Below are positions 51,561 through 64,000 of a stretch of DNA of 64,000 bases, one piece after another. The DNA comes from Octopus sinensis (Eukaryota): the NCBI RefSeq assembly GCF_006345805.1, contig NC_043009.1, positions 23,498,001-23,562,000 on the forward strand. Reading direction: 5' to 3'. The notes under the pieces are model-generated. The model was given only the letters and a program-made list of their open reading frames with translations. It searched no databases and was not told the origin of the DNA. How positions within the stretch are numbered: the stretch's first letter is position 1; the number at the start of each line of letters is the position of its first letter. Position numbers and translations under genes: made by a program.

Positions 51561-54500
51561 CACTGGGGACATTTAACATGTGAGAGCGAAAAAACAGTGC
51601 TCCGAAATCTATCCACAAACATCGGAAACAAAGACATCGCATGGAGCTAAAAAATAACTGACAAAGGATTGGACTATATCCGAGTAAGTAATACTCATTG
51701 AAATTTATTGCTATTTTCCAAACGAAATGATGCATTTTAACTCGATATCATCTCCACCGCTAACACAGCACATGTAAACATGCTTGATACATTACGATCC
51801 CTCAACACCAGATCATCTCCAGCTCCAAACAGCATGTACAAAAAAACTACGAATAAATTAAATAATACCAGTATTATTCAACCCAAGAATAAGTACGTAC
51901 TGTAAACTTACAACATAAAATGTACAAAAAGCTACACGTGCAAAACAATGTGACTAACAGAAATGAACGGACCGGCACCCTATGAAAATGACAACCGTCA
52001 AAATAATGGGCCGGACGTTGTTCCTCATGTCCCGCAAATAAAACCAAAAAGGCATAAATGGACACGTGAGGAATACATTTCAATCCTACATGCATGCCTA
52101 CTTTACAGCAGTGCTCTACCCAAAGAGCGAAAACACAACAACATATATGTATAAAATATGGAAGCAAAATAACATAAATAAAGACCTGGATGCAGCAATG
52201 AATCCTATTAAACTAGCTAATGTGCGAAGATATATTTTCAACGCAAAAAAAATATCAGGAATAGAAATAGAACATTTAAAAGAAAAAATACATCAGGAAA
52301 ATGAAGATAGAAGCCACACAACAATGCCAAACAATATAAACACTGAAACAGTAAAACACGAAGACAAACGTAACATTTCCAACAAAAACGATGTAAAGAA
52401 AAAACAACAAACCCAGACCGTAAGGATACATAATAATACACGACAAACAGCAAGCCAAAACACGACAAACAAACATACAAATGAGAAAGAAAGTGACACA
52501 AATCTAAAACCTGGAAACAACGAAGGGGAGCCTAATGATTATGATACTATAAAAAGTAGAATAATCAAAGAACTGAAAACCACAGAGCTCAAAATGGAAC
52601 ACCGACCATACCTCCCAAAAATCAAAATAGACAAAACAACAACATCAATTATAAACAGCATAAACCTAGCCGTCGCGGAACTAATAGCCACTGAAACAAA
52701 AAGCGATATCACTAAGCTAAATGACTTAGTATATGCAGCAGCCACAAAAGAAGCTGGATACTCACTCAAACTCATCCAAACTGGAGTACCACCACCCAAA
52801 CAAACCCTGTGAATAAATAACATCCAAAACAAAATACAAAAAATGAGAAAAGATCTGTCGATTCTTAATGAAATCAGTAGACAATCAACGCTACTAAGCA
52901 ACAAAAAGAAAACAAAAATACTCCGAAAATACAACTTCACAGAAAAAGATCTACCTGAGATAAAAGAAAAGCTAAAGCAAGATATCCTTGCCAAAGCACA
53001 AAGGATCCACCGGTATGAGAAACGCCAACGTTTCTTTGAACAAAACAAACAGTTCAACTCCAACCCCAAAAAGTTCTACCAAGAACTTGGCAAAAATAAA
53101 ATAGAAATCACTGCAGCACCAACGGCAGAAGAAGTGGAAGAATTCCGGAGAGAAATATGGTCGGCGAACGAACAACCAAAAAAAGGGAGTATTAAAACAA
53201 CAAACTCAGCATCTGAGCAACTTTGGACCCCCATAACAAATGAAGAGGTCACCCAGGCACTGCAAAGACTAAGCAACTGGAAGGCACCTGGGCAAGACAA
53301 AATCCTCAACTTCTGGTTGAAATATCTAACAGGAATGCACAAAAAGCTGGCTGAAAACTTTAACAACATACTGGCAGAGCCAGAGACAATGCCTGAATGG
53401 CTCACGAAGGAGAAAACCATTTTAATTCCCAAATCAAATGAGACAGCAAAACCAGAAAACTACAGACCTATAACCTGTCTCCCTACAATGTACAAAGCAT
53501 TTACTGCAGTAATATCACAAAGATTAAACAAGCACCTGGACGAAAACAACCTGTTTCCAGAAGAGCAGAAAGGATGCCGCAAAGGCTCATATGGCTGTAA
53601 AGATCAACTAATGATCAATAAAGCCATAACTGAAGACAGCCACAGAAAGAAGAAAGGCCTCAGTATGGCCTGGATCGACTACAAAAAGGCTTTTGATAGC
53701 ATCCCCCACATGTGGATCCTCGAAACACTAGCCATTAACAAAGTTGCACCAACAATTATAAAATACATAGGACACTATGAATAAATGGCAGACAGTGCTA
53801 CAGCTCCAAACAAAAGAGGGACTTGTGAAAACCAAAGCCATCCCCATTAGAAGAGGAATATTCCAGGGAGACATGCTCTCTCCACTCCTTTTCTGCTTGG
53901 CACTGTCACCTCTATCGAATATGCTAAACATATGCGGATATAAATGTTACGGCAAAACGATCAGCCACCGTTTATATATGGATGACCTAAAACTATACGC
54001 CACAAATGACGAACAGCTGGAAACACTACTAAAGACAGTTCATGGATTTACCAAAGAAATAGATATGAAATTTGGATTGGAGAAATGCGCCAAAGTAACC
54101 CTAAAAAGAGGGAAACTAGTTAAGAGTAGCAACATCCCACTAGATAAAACCAATGAAATAAAAGAATTAGACCAAAGCCAAACTTACAAATACTTAGGAA
54201 TCCATGAACTAGATAAGACACAACACACACAAATGAAAGAGAAAATAAAAAAGAATATTACAGACGAGTTAGATCAATACTGAAAACAGAGATCAATGCT
54301 GAAAACAAGATAATAGGTATCAACACTTTAGCTGTCCCAGTTATAAGTTACAGCTACAATATCCTTAACTGGACACTAAATGAACTGACCAAAATAGATA
54401 GGAAAACAAGAAAAATAATGACAAGATCTAGGATGCATCACCCAAAATCTGACATAGAAAGGCTATATATATACAATGTAGAGAAGGTGGTAGAGGCCTT

Positions 54501-55606
54501 ATACAGCTGGAAAACTATTATAAAATAACCACCATAGGACTGCAAAAATATCTACTTCAGAAGGAAGGAAAACTGATACAAATAGCGGCAAAACACGAGC
54601 AAAACAAAAAACTGTTCTCAGTATTTAAGGAAGCTGACAAATACAAACAAGAAATCATAGCACCTAACAAATATGAAGAAGATGAAGAAACAACAAAAGC
54701 TATAAAACAAATGAAATCCAAACTAAAAATAGAACAGCAACGAACCATGATAAAACGATGGCAAGAAAAGCCCCTTCATGGCAAATACTGGACTAAACCA
54801 AATGCAAAAGAAATAGACAAAGAAAAATCCCAGCAATTGTTGAGAAGCTCAGGACTCAAAGCAGAGACAGAAGGATTTTTAATTGCAGCACAAGACCAAA
54901 GCCTCCCCACCAGAAATTACCAAAAACATGTAATGAAAAGAAATATAACAAGTAACTGCAGAATATGTGGCGATGGACAAGAAACAATAAATCATATTAT
55001 CTCTGGCTGCCCAGTCCTGGCTAAGAAGGAATATATTCACAGACACGACAGAGTTGGGACCTATATGCACTGGAAGCTATGCCAACATTATGAAATAACA
55101 ACAGAAAAAAGATGGTATAGGCACACACCAGAAAAGGTCACAGAAAACGAGAAAGCAACCATACTCTGGGATATGCCGATACACACAGATAGAGAAATTA
55201 AGGCCAACAGACCAGATATAGTTGTCAGAGATCATGAAGAAAAAAAATGCTTTCTAATTGATGTATCAATACTAGCAGATGACAACGTGTCTCTAAAAGA
55301 AATGGAGACCTGGAAATAGAGGTAACCAGAATGTGGAATCTAAAAACAGAAACAATTCCTATCATAATAGGTGCATAAGGCATGATAAAAAAAATATTCA
55401 GACAAATACATAACAAAAACACCAGGACTTACAAACACATATAACATACAGAAAATTGCACTACTAGGCACTGCACAAATCCTACGCAGAACACTTTCCA
55501 TACAGTAACCATCAGAGCATCACAACAAATCACAGCACATACCCAAGGCACACAGAGCTGCACTCGGTAGTGAAGTGAAAGCAGGCTATAAAAAAAAACA
55601 CTACTG
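51558..55606 (+). mobile_element. Near full-length R4/Dong-clade non-LTR retrotransposon (RT plus restriction-like endonuclease)
   Basis: Single disrupted ORF. N-terminal KRHKWTREE motif; RT motifs NWKAPG, NYRPITCL, WIDYKKAFDS, GIFQGD.LSP and YMDDLK; CCHC knuckle CRICGDGQETINHIISGC; RHD, NRPDIV and LIDVS RLE motifs. Flanked by (AAT)n and AATAATAAC(AAC)n. Confidence 0.93.
51963..55508 (+). pseudogene. Reverse transcriptase/RLE polyprotein of the R4/Dong element, disrupted
   Basis: Fragments 51963-52154, 52066-52812, 52843-53784, 53777-54283 and 54711-55319, separated by frameshifts and a stop at 52810-52812. A short deletion near 55305 removes the K..KY part of the RLE. Confidence 0.9.
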
Positions 55607-56034
55607 AATAATAACAACAACAACAACAACAACAATTCCTTCTACTACAGGCTCAATACCTGAGATTTGTGGAGGAGAAACAAATCAATTACATCGACTC
55701 CCCCCCCCCCACACACCCAGTGTTTAACTGGTATTTTTTTTTTATTGACCTCCAAAGAGATGTGAGGCAATGTTGATCTCAAGGCATTTGAATTTATAAC
55801 ATAAATTCAGAAGAAATGCAACTGAGAGAGACTGAGATAGATAGGTGGTAGTCCTAAGCAACATGCCATTGCTGCTGCTGCCGCCGCCATTGCCCTGTTG
55901 AATGTCCTTCTACCATAGTCTATTTTGTAATAAATTTTCTTGGCCTATCCTCAAATCAGGGAGTCTTGGTCCAAGAGTCACAATATATTTTCTTCCTCGT
56001 GGCTGTCAGTCTCAGAAAAAAGGAAAAAAACCCT

Positions 56035-56400
56035 GGATCTTTTTGGTTTGAATGGCAGTTTTTAACATTTTAGATTTAGAGTTAGTTAGGGTTAGGGTTA
56101 CGGGTGGGGGAAGGGTATCTTTTTTTCTTCACAAATGTAAATAAACCCAATCTGTTTCTTAAACGAGGGACATATTCATACGGCACAGAATGTTTTCACC
56201 TCAATAGATGGTCATTGATTGGTTGAAATTGTCGAAATGCAAGAAATTAAAGACCAGATATGTTACAAACTATAGAATTTTCTCAATAAAGCCTAGAGAA
56301 AAAGATGTTTTATAAACACATTCTACCAGTATACAAAGTTTAAAATTTTTTAGTTACCTAGAAATTATGTTAAAAACTGCCGTTCAAACCAAAAAGATCC
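56035..56400. mobile_element. MULE-like MITE carrying TTAGGG repeats
   Basis: 34-bp TIR GGATCTTTTTGGTTTGAA(T/C)GGCAGTTTTTAACAT (33/34). 9-bp TSD AAAAACCCT / AAAAAACCT. Internal TTAGGGTTAGGGTTACGGG. Confidence 0.85.
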
Positions 56401-56903
56401 AAAAAACCTATAAAAATGTCATGGTGAGTGCTGACCTTCCCTTTCTGACCATGTAGAAGATAAAATAAAACTAAAACATTATAACTTGGTTTTTTGTTTA
56501 TTGCCCTCCATGAATGAGGAGGAGGAGGAAGAGGAGGGAGGGAGGCATGAAAGCAAAGAAAAGACAGTTGAAGAGAGAGACAGAAAGAAAGAGTTACATG
56601 ACATACACCCCCACATCCATGTTAATATGAAATATGATGACTGTGGTGGTGATAGCTATGATGATGATGTTGATAATGGTAAGACTGATGATGAGAATAA
56701 CGAGGGTGGTAGTGATGATGATGATGACGACGACTACGACAGTGATGATGATGGCGGTGATGATGATGCCAGTGATGATGATGATGATGATGATGGTCCT
56801 CAGTCAGAAAATATTCAGAAGCTGAATAGTGAAAATAAATGATTAAAACAAATACGTTTTAAGTGGCTCTATGCAACCACATTACCAACAATGAACAAAT
56901 AAA

Positions 56904-56944
<41 letters not shown>

Positions 56945-57234
56945 TATACACACACACAGAATATGAGAAAGATTCCGTAACAGATAATTCATACTTATAC
57001 ATACACACACATTCAAACATATACATTAATATACAACTTACACCAACACACATATACATCAGAGACCACACACACACACAGCCTCGCGTCGTTTCTTATC
57101 CTCCAAGTAAGTTTTTATATATATATATAAATACATACATAAACATACACATGTGCATACACTCAAAAATAAGCTTGGTAATAGACTGTAACTAATCACC
57201 GCGACCACCACCACCACTGCTCCTTTTGCTACTG

Positions 57235-57269
<35 letters not shown>

Positions 57270-58106
57270 GTTGCTGCTGCTGATACATTATAATCACCTT
57301 CAAACATCAATACCAAACACCACCATCATCATCATCATTATCACCATCACTAGAGCTTTTTACTTAAAAGTATTAAGATAACCACCATCACCGCTACTAC
57401 TATTACTACTATTACTGGCTAGCAATAGATTGATAAAGAATGCATATTTTTCACTGTATCTCAATATTTCTATTTATATATCACTACTTATCTATAACTC
57501 GTCATCATCATCATCATCACTCTCATCCTCGCACCCTACCCTTTCTCCCCACCCCATCCATCCCACTTTCACTATAATAATTGTTTTCAGGATAGTTAAC
57601 TTAGTATTAATAAGTACAAAAGGGAGAGTTAGTAACGGAGAGAGGTGATAGGGATGTTATCTCCGTAGACAAAACGAATGAATAAAATGGCTGGCTGTAA
57701 TGTTGACTGGCTGGCTTGTTGCTGTGCAGGAAGTGAAATGAAGTGAGATGGAGTAAGGTCAAGTGAAGTTGAGCTGGGGTATTGAGTGAGACTCAAACAA
57801 TGAGAAGGAAAATGTAGGGGGATCATAGCAGTAGTCACAGTATTATAGTCATGCTCCAACCAGCCTTCCTGAGTCATGTAGATTCATGGGGCTGGATTTC
57901 CAGTTGCTGTGGTGCATATATTTCCCCCCGGGATGTGATGCCAGTCTGTCGTAGGATTACTCATTTTTGCCATGAAATGTTTTGTTAAAGAACACAGTGT
58001 ATTGCCTGGTCCAGAAATTGAAACCACAATCCTACTATCATGAGTTCAATACCTTAACCACTAAGCCACACACACACACTGCCACAACCCCAGTAAAGAT
58101 AACCTA

Positions 58107-58255
58107 GGCAGAGGTAAAGAATATGCACACCATCCATTTTTGGTGTAACCCTAACCCTAACTGCCGAAAACAGGTGGTGTGTGTATTCTTTACCTTTGCC
58201 GATAATCTATGTTTGTTTTTTTTTTGTGCATGTAGGGGGAATGAGCCCCCTTCGT
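58107..58255. mobile_element. Small foldback element with (TAACCC) loop and 3' hairpin (Helentron/HINE-like)
   Basis: Inverted arms at 58107-58143 and 58164-58200 around TAACCCTAACCCTAA. Downstream GGGGG-N-CCCCC hairpin at about 58233-58251. Confidence 0.6.
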
Positions 58256-59928
58256 ACATAAATACAACATACATAAAAAAAAAACACTGGGTCCTTAGAT
58301 TAGTGAGAACCCTAGACAACTGCACAGTGTGCCCACACTTTAAGAGATCATTATCATTTGTCTTAACATCCTCTTTTCCATGCTTGCATGGGTCAGATGG
58401 AATTTGTTGAGGCAGGGTTTTCTATTGCTGGATGCCCTTCCTGTCACCAACCCTCGCCTCTTTCTATATGTTGTTGTTTGTTCCTTCTCAAGCCACGCCT
58501 GGCTCATAAGGGCCGGTTTCCTTAGCGTATAGGTTCCCTACCTGGACGGGACGCTGGTCCGTCGTAGGTGAGCTGCAACGGACCAGCAGGAGGAAAGAGT
58601 GAGAGAAAGATTTGGCGAAAGAGTCAGCATAAGTTCGCCATTGCCGTCTGTCGGAACCGCGTGGAGCTTAGGTGTTTTGCTCATAAACACACACATCAGC
58701 CAGTCTAAGATTCAAACCTGCGATCCCTTGCCTGCAAGTCCGCTGCTCTAACCACTAGGCCATGTGCCTCCACTCCTGTTTCTATAAACAGGTAATATTT
58801 TCCCTTAGCTGGATATGATTTCACAGAAGACTGGAAATGAACAGCCTTGTTTGTATGATGGTAATGTGCATCATCTACCACCACCACACAATGTTAAGAC
58901 AACAGATAAGAGAACACACACACACATACATACACACACGTGCACGCACACGCACACACACACACAATTATAGCCCTGGACTGACCATTGTGAGTGAATT
59001 TGGTTGACAAAAACTATAGCAGAAGACACACCTGCAAGGTAATCTGCAGAGGAATTGAACCTGTAACCATGTGGTTAGGTAGCAAAGTAGCATATCTCTT
59101 AAGCATGCAGCCAAACCTGAGCCTACTGCATTTAAAAAAAATAAAGGAAGTACATATTTGAATATGTAATCCTGTGTCTGGGAAACGAAATAAAGAAAAA
59201 AGTAAGATAATAAAAAGATGGGTTGTTCACAGCTGGAATATCTTTGATGGTGGGTCAGCCCAGTCAAGGTTAAGTTGAGGGTAGAATATGAATAACAACT
59301 GTGGTGGATCTTGTAGAAGAAGTAAGAAATATGAAGAAAGAAAGAATAATTGTAATGATGTTGGCGATGATGGTGGGGATGATGATGATAATAATGATGA
59401 TAGTGATGATGATGATGGCAAATATGAAGAAAGAATAATTGTAATGATGCTGCCGATGATGGTGGAGATGATGATGATGATGATTATGATGACAATAATA
59501 ATGGTCATTATGATGACAGCAATGAAGGAGATGATAATGATGACAAGGATAATGTTGATGATGACGACCAAGATGATGATGATGATGGTGATGATTGTGA
59601 TGTTGACAATGACAATTATGACGATGACAACAATGATTATGATGATGACAATCATGACAATAATGATGACAGCAATGACAACGATGATGATGATGATGGT
59701 GACACTGATGGTGATTCTTGAGTGTACTTGAGCTACTTAATTTATTGACCCTGAAAGGCAAAATTGATCCCGGCAGCATTTGAACTCAGAATGTGAAGTT
59801 GGAAAAAATGCTGCTAAGCATTTTGTCTGGTATGGTAACATTTTTGTGTAGGTGCCTGTCTGATTTGGCATGGTTCTGATGTCTGGATGCCCTTGCTAAT
59901 GCCAACCACTTTACAGAGTGTGCTCGAT

Positions 59929-60264
59929 GCTTTTTTGTGGCACTGCCCAGGTGTTTTTATGTGAGACCACATGGGCACTTTTATGTGATGCTGTATGGGC
60001 TCTAATGCATGACACTACATGGATGCTTTTATGTGACACTGCACAGGTGCTTTGACATGATGCCATATAAGCACTTTTACATGGCACTACACAGGTACTT
60101 TTATGTGACACTGCATGGGTGCTTTTATGCGACACCGCATGGATGCTTTTATGCAACACTGCATGGGCGCTTTTATGCAACACCACATGGGCGCTTTTAC
60201 ATGGCACCGCACAGGCACTTTTAAGTGGCACTGCGTAGACACTTTTATGTGGTTCTGCATGGGT
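59929..60264. repeat. 24-bp minisatellite, 14 units, inside a family-D SINE
   Basis: Consensus RCTTTTATGTGACACTGCATGGGY in exact 24-nt phase from 59929 to 60264. Confidence 0.93.
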
Positions 60265-60679
60265 GCTTCTCTGAAGAATTTTAAGTTGAATAAATCAACC
60301 CCAGTAATGTTTTTTTTTAATCTAAGCCTGGTACTTATTCTATCAGTCTCTTTTGCTGAACTGCTAAGTTATGGGGAATTAAAGCAATGCATGTGTGTGG
60401 CAGAATGAGATAACAGCCGTGATATATTGGTTTAGATTGAGAAATATAGACAGAGCTTAACCCAAAGTAAGCTTGGGAGAGCCAGGAAACAAGCAGAGTG
60501 ATCAGTGAATAAACCAGCAGAAAGCAAATGGAAAGAAATGCTGTTTCCTTAAAAAAGAAATCATGACTTTGGCACAGAGGTCCATGCTTGCCAACTTATG
60601 CCTTACATGGAATGGTACAAAGGAGAAAGAGAGAAAGAGAGGGGAGGCAGAGAGAGAAAGAAAGAGGGGGCAAAGATAA

Positions 60680-60739
<60 letters not shown>

Positions 60740-61869
60740 TAGTTTACATACTTGTCAACAAAAAGAAAAAGAAACCAGCATGGTCACAGCTGGAATATGT
60801 TTGATCTCTTGGTGGATCAGTGATGATTTGGTATTAAACAACAATAACAGAATCCCTAATACTACCACCACCACCACCACCACCTATTCCCTCTTTCTCT
60901 CTCTCTCATTCCATGAAAACTAGACAATAGAAAGAATGAGTAGATATATAAATTTTGATTCTGCACAGCAATTTGAAATGAAAAAGAAAATAAGAAAACA
61001 AAGAAAGAAAAGGACATATTACAGCTGGAATGCCTTTCATCATAGGTCTCTTCAATCGGGGCTGACCTGGGGCTAAACAACAACAGATGATCTGGGGAAA
61101 AAAACAAGATTAAGTACACATGATTATGCATATGTGTGTGCGTGCACATGTGAGATGTAAAGCTTTACATGAAAGTTAAAGTAATTCAGAAAACTACTGG
61201 CCACTCATGTCATCAATAAATGTTTAAGCAGGGGAGATAACTGTGCTATTATAAATTTACTAGAGTAATACTGCTGTAGTCGTTAAAGATGATAGGGTTT
61301 TATTGGAGTGTGGGACAAAGATTTAAAATGCGTATGGAATTAAGATACCATCAGAGGCATATTAGCTTAGATAGAGAGGGAGAGCTATGTTGATGGTAGA
61401 GTTAAGAGTGATTAAATAATAGAGAAAGAGGGGAGGAATGTAACTGTCAATAGATAGATCTATGATCAGTAAGTAAAGCAAGCTCTATCTTTATATGTTC
61501 TACTTATCTGTCTTAAAGTATCAGCTTCTAAAACACGATACTGGAACAAGGATTGTCAAGTCCACTTAATCACCAGATTCATTTAGTACAAAGTCATATG
61601 TGCATGCATGCATGTATGTATATATTTATGCATACATACACATAAAAGTATATACATGTGTGTGTGCGTGTAGCATTCTTATTGCATGACAAAAACAACA
61701 AACAAAACAAATACCACAGACTTTTACATAGAGAGAAAATGCAAAGGGAAAGCATATTGGAGACGGAACATGGACTGGTTGTGGAAGCTGTCCACAGTGA
61801 TTATAGATCAAAGAAAACTTTGAAAGAGCAGCAACAATAATAATAGTAGTGGTAGTGGTGATATTACCG

Positions 61870-61914
<45 letters not shown>

Positions 61915-62780
61915 GTAGTAGTAGTAGTAGTAGTAGTAATTGCTTTCATTGATTAGCACTCATTGAGCCTTGTTTGAAAAGCACAAGTTGAAGTCAAAAG
62001 CATTGCAGCTGTAACCTTTCCGCCTTTCTTTGGACATCTATGATAATATACAAAGTGTCCCATACTTTTTGAAGATGGAATGACGTCTTTTTCCATAATC
62101 TCAGGTTAACTTTGTGAGTGAGATTTGGTTGAGAAAAACTATGTGAAAGCTTGTGTGTGTGTGTGTGTGAGTGCATGTGTGTATGTATGTATATATACAT
62201 ACATGTATATATTAATTATATTTCAGGATGGCAAATTTTTTTTTGGTAATAAAAACATGCATTATATATTGATTCTTCACTCGTTTATCTGGAAATCTAC
62301 CATCACACATGTGTGACCTCTTCAGCGACACTTTCCATCCTCCTATACGCTCCTTCTCTGTTTAGTCCATTCTGTCCTTATATATATATATCATCATCAT
62401 CATCATCATTTAACGTCCATTGTCCATGCTGAGATGAGTTGGAAAATGGTTTAACTGGACTGGCATGCTAGAAGGCTGTGCCAGGATCTAGTCTGATTTG
62501 GCATGGTTTTCTATGGATGTATGCCCTTCCTAATGCCAACCATTCCGAGAAGGTAATGGATGCTTTTATGTGCCACCAGCATGTGTGTCATTTGCATGAT
62601 AATGATATCTGCCATGACTGCGATTTTGCTTGGCTTGATGGGTCTTCTCAAGCATGACATAATGCCAAAGGTCTTGGTCATTGCCTCCGTGAGGCCCAAT
62701 GCTTGAAAGTTATTCAGTAACTTTGCCTTCATCAGGCCCAATGCTCGAAAGGAACTCAGCCACTATATATATATATATAT

Positions 62781-63110
62781 GGCTCAGTGGTTAGAGCATC
62801 GAGCTTATGATCGGGAGGTTATCAGTTCGATTCCCGGACCAGGCTGCAAGTTGTGTTCTTGAGCAAGACACTTTATTTCATGTTGCGCCAGTTCACTCAG
62901 CTGTAGAAAAGAGTTGTGACATCACTGGTGCCAAACTGTATCAGCCTTTGCCTTTTCCTTGGATAACATTGGTGGCGTAGCATGGAGAGGGGAGGCTGGT
63001 ATGCATGGCAGACTGCTGGTCTTCCCAAACAACCTTGCTCGGACTTGTGCCTCGGAGGGTAACTTTCTAGGTGCAATCCCATGGTCATTCATGACCAAAG
63101 GGAATCTCCC
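62781..63110 (+). mobile_element. Family-E SINE, full length
   Basis: GGCTCAGTGGTTAGAGC A box, AGTTCGATTCCC B box, CORE-like TTCTTGAGCAAGACACTTTATTTCA. Confidence 0.85.
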
Positions 63111-63271
63111 TCCTCCTCCTCCTACACATATATATATTGGTTTCAAATTATGGTACAAGGCTAGTAATTTGGAGGGAAGGGAGTAAGTTGATTACACTGA
63201 AAGGAAAAGTTGATCCCAGTAGCATTTGAACTCAGAATGTGAAGTTGGAAGAATGCCACTAAGCATTTTGT

Positions 63272-64000
63272 CTGACGAAGAAAGTTAAACGAGAACGTTG
63301 ACTCAGAGATATTGCTTGGGCTGAATTCAAAAATCTGGATTCGACTGCAGCTTTTGAGGTGTACAAAACTCAACGAGACCGAGCCGTGAAAATTGAAACG
63401 AAAGAACGCTTCAGTTATGAATACAAAATCGCGGCAAATGCCAGTAACAATCCAAAAACCTTCTTTGCCCATGTCCAGCGGAATTCCCGCTTGAACAACC
63501 AGATTGCAACGTTGGTAGACTCAACAGGCGTATCGATTGAGGACCCTTATCAACAGAGTCAATTATTTGCCGAGGCTTTTTCAACTATTTTCAAACAAGA
63601 TGATGGTCGTGAACCCCCTCCATTTGATAGATCAGTACCTCCAATGCTTCGATTGATCATCATGCGGGACCAAGTCAAACGTGATATTCAAGGCCTCGAT
63701 GTCAACAAGGGTCACGGCCCTGACGGCATACACCCACGGGTTATCAAAGCGTTGGCTCTGGTCATCTGCGAGCCCTTAACACGACTATTCAATATGTCAT
63801 TGGCGACGGGTGTTATACCTGCAGACTGGAGAACAGCGATAATCTGCCCAATTTTCAAGAAAGGGAGCCGCGAAGACCCGCTTAACTACCGACCGGTTTC
63901 CCTTACATCAATAATCAGCAAGATGTTCGAAACCATCCTTAAGAAAAGTATGATGCTCCACCTCCTAAACACAGCCTCGATCACTGATTCCCAACACGGC
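63272..64000 (+). mobile_element. CR1-clade LINE ORF2 (5'-truncated, continues beyond window)
   Basis: Open frame 63302-64000: ...NPKTFFAHV...NKGHGPDGIHPRVIK...PLTRLFNMSLATGVIPADWRTAIICPIFKKGSREDPLNYRPVSLTSIISKMFETI...SQHG, the classic CR1 linker/RT start. One TGA at 63299-63301. Inserted into a family-A SINE. Confidence 0.93.

Noticed and set aside
52238-53432. Antisense ORFs within the R4/Dong element
   Set aside because: Shadow frames of an A-rich coding strand with no recognisable domain.
56486-59779. Acidic, poly-Met and poly-His ORFs (56486-56842 and 59227-59779)
   Set aside because: (GAT)n-derived tracts open in multiple frames. No coding signature.
59929-60264. CRISPR-like periodic array
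   Set aside because: Units are contiguous 24-mers that vary throughout, with no unique spacers and no cas genes. It lies inside a SINE in a eukaryotic context.
62781-62860. tRNA gene (also other SINE heads such as 21859 and 26258)
   Set aside because: A and B boxes are present but there is no complete cloverleaf, and they continue into multi-copy SINE bodies.

Overview
AT-rich eukaryotic genomic DNA, dense in microsatellites and SINEs. The tRNA-headed SINE families and the (TA)/(CA)/(TAA)/(GAT) load fit a coleoid cephalopod such as Octopus, but that assignment is inference. The only host coding sequence I can support is two minus-strand exons (30616-30863 and 22605-22676) of a goliath/RNF130/RNF150-type PA-TM-RING E3 ligase. 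The rest of the window appears to be intron of that gene. Autonomous-type elements are a complete but decayed Tc1 (DD34E) transposon, a near full-length R4/Dong-clade RLE retrotransposon inside a (TAA)n tract with several fragments of the same clade, a young CR1 LINE running off the right edge, and RTE fragments. Non-autonomous elements are Helitron/Helentron-like elements, hAT, Tc2/pogo, piggyBac-like and MULE-like MITEs, and at least five SINE families with interchangeable modules. There are also long palindromes and minisatellites. I found no CRISPR, rRNA or bona fide tRNA. I cannot support a new protein-coding system. The most interesting signals are: a set of unrelated retroelements that all occupy (TAA)n tracts with fixed orientations, long palindromes including one with hammerhead-like motifs, and modular shuffling among SINEs.
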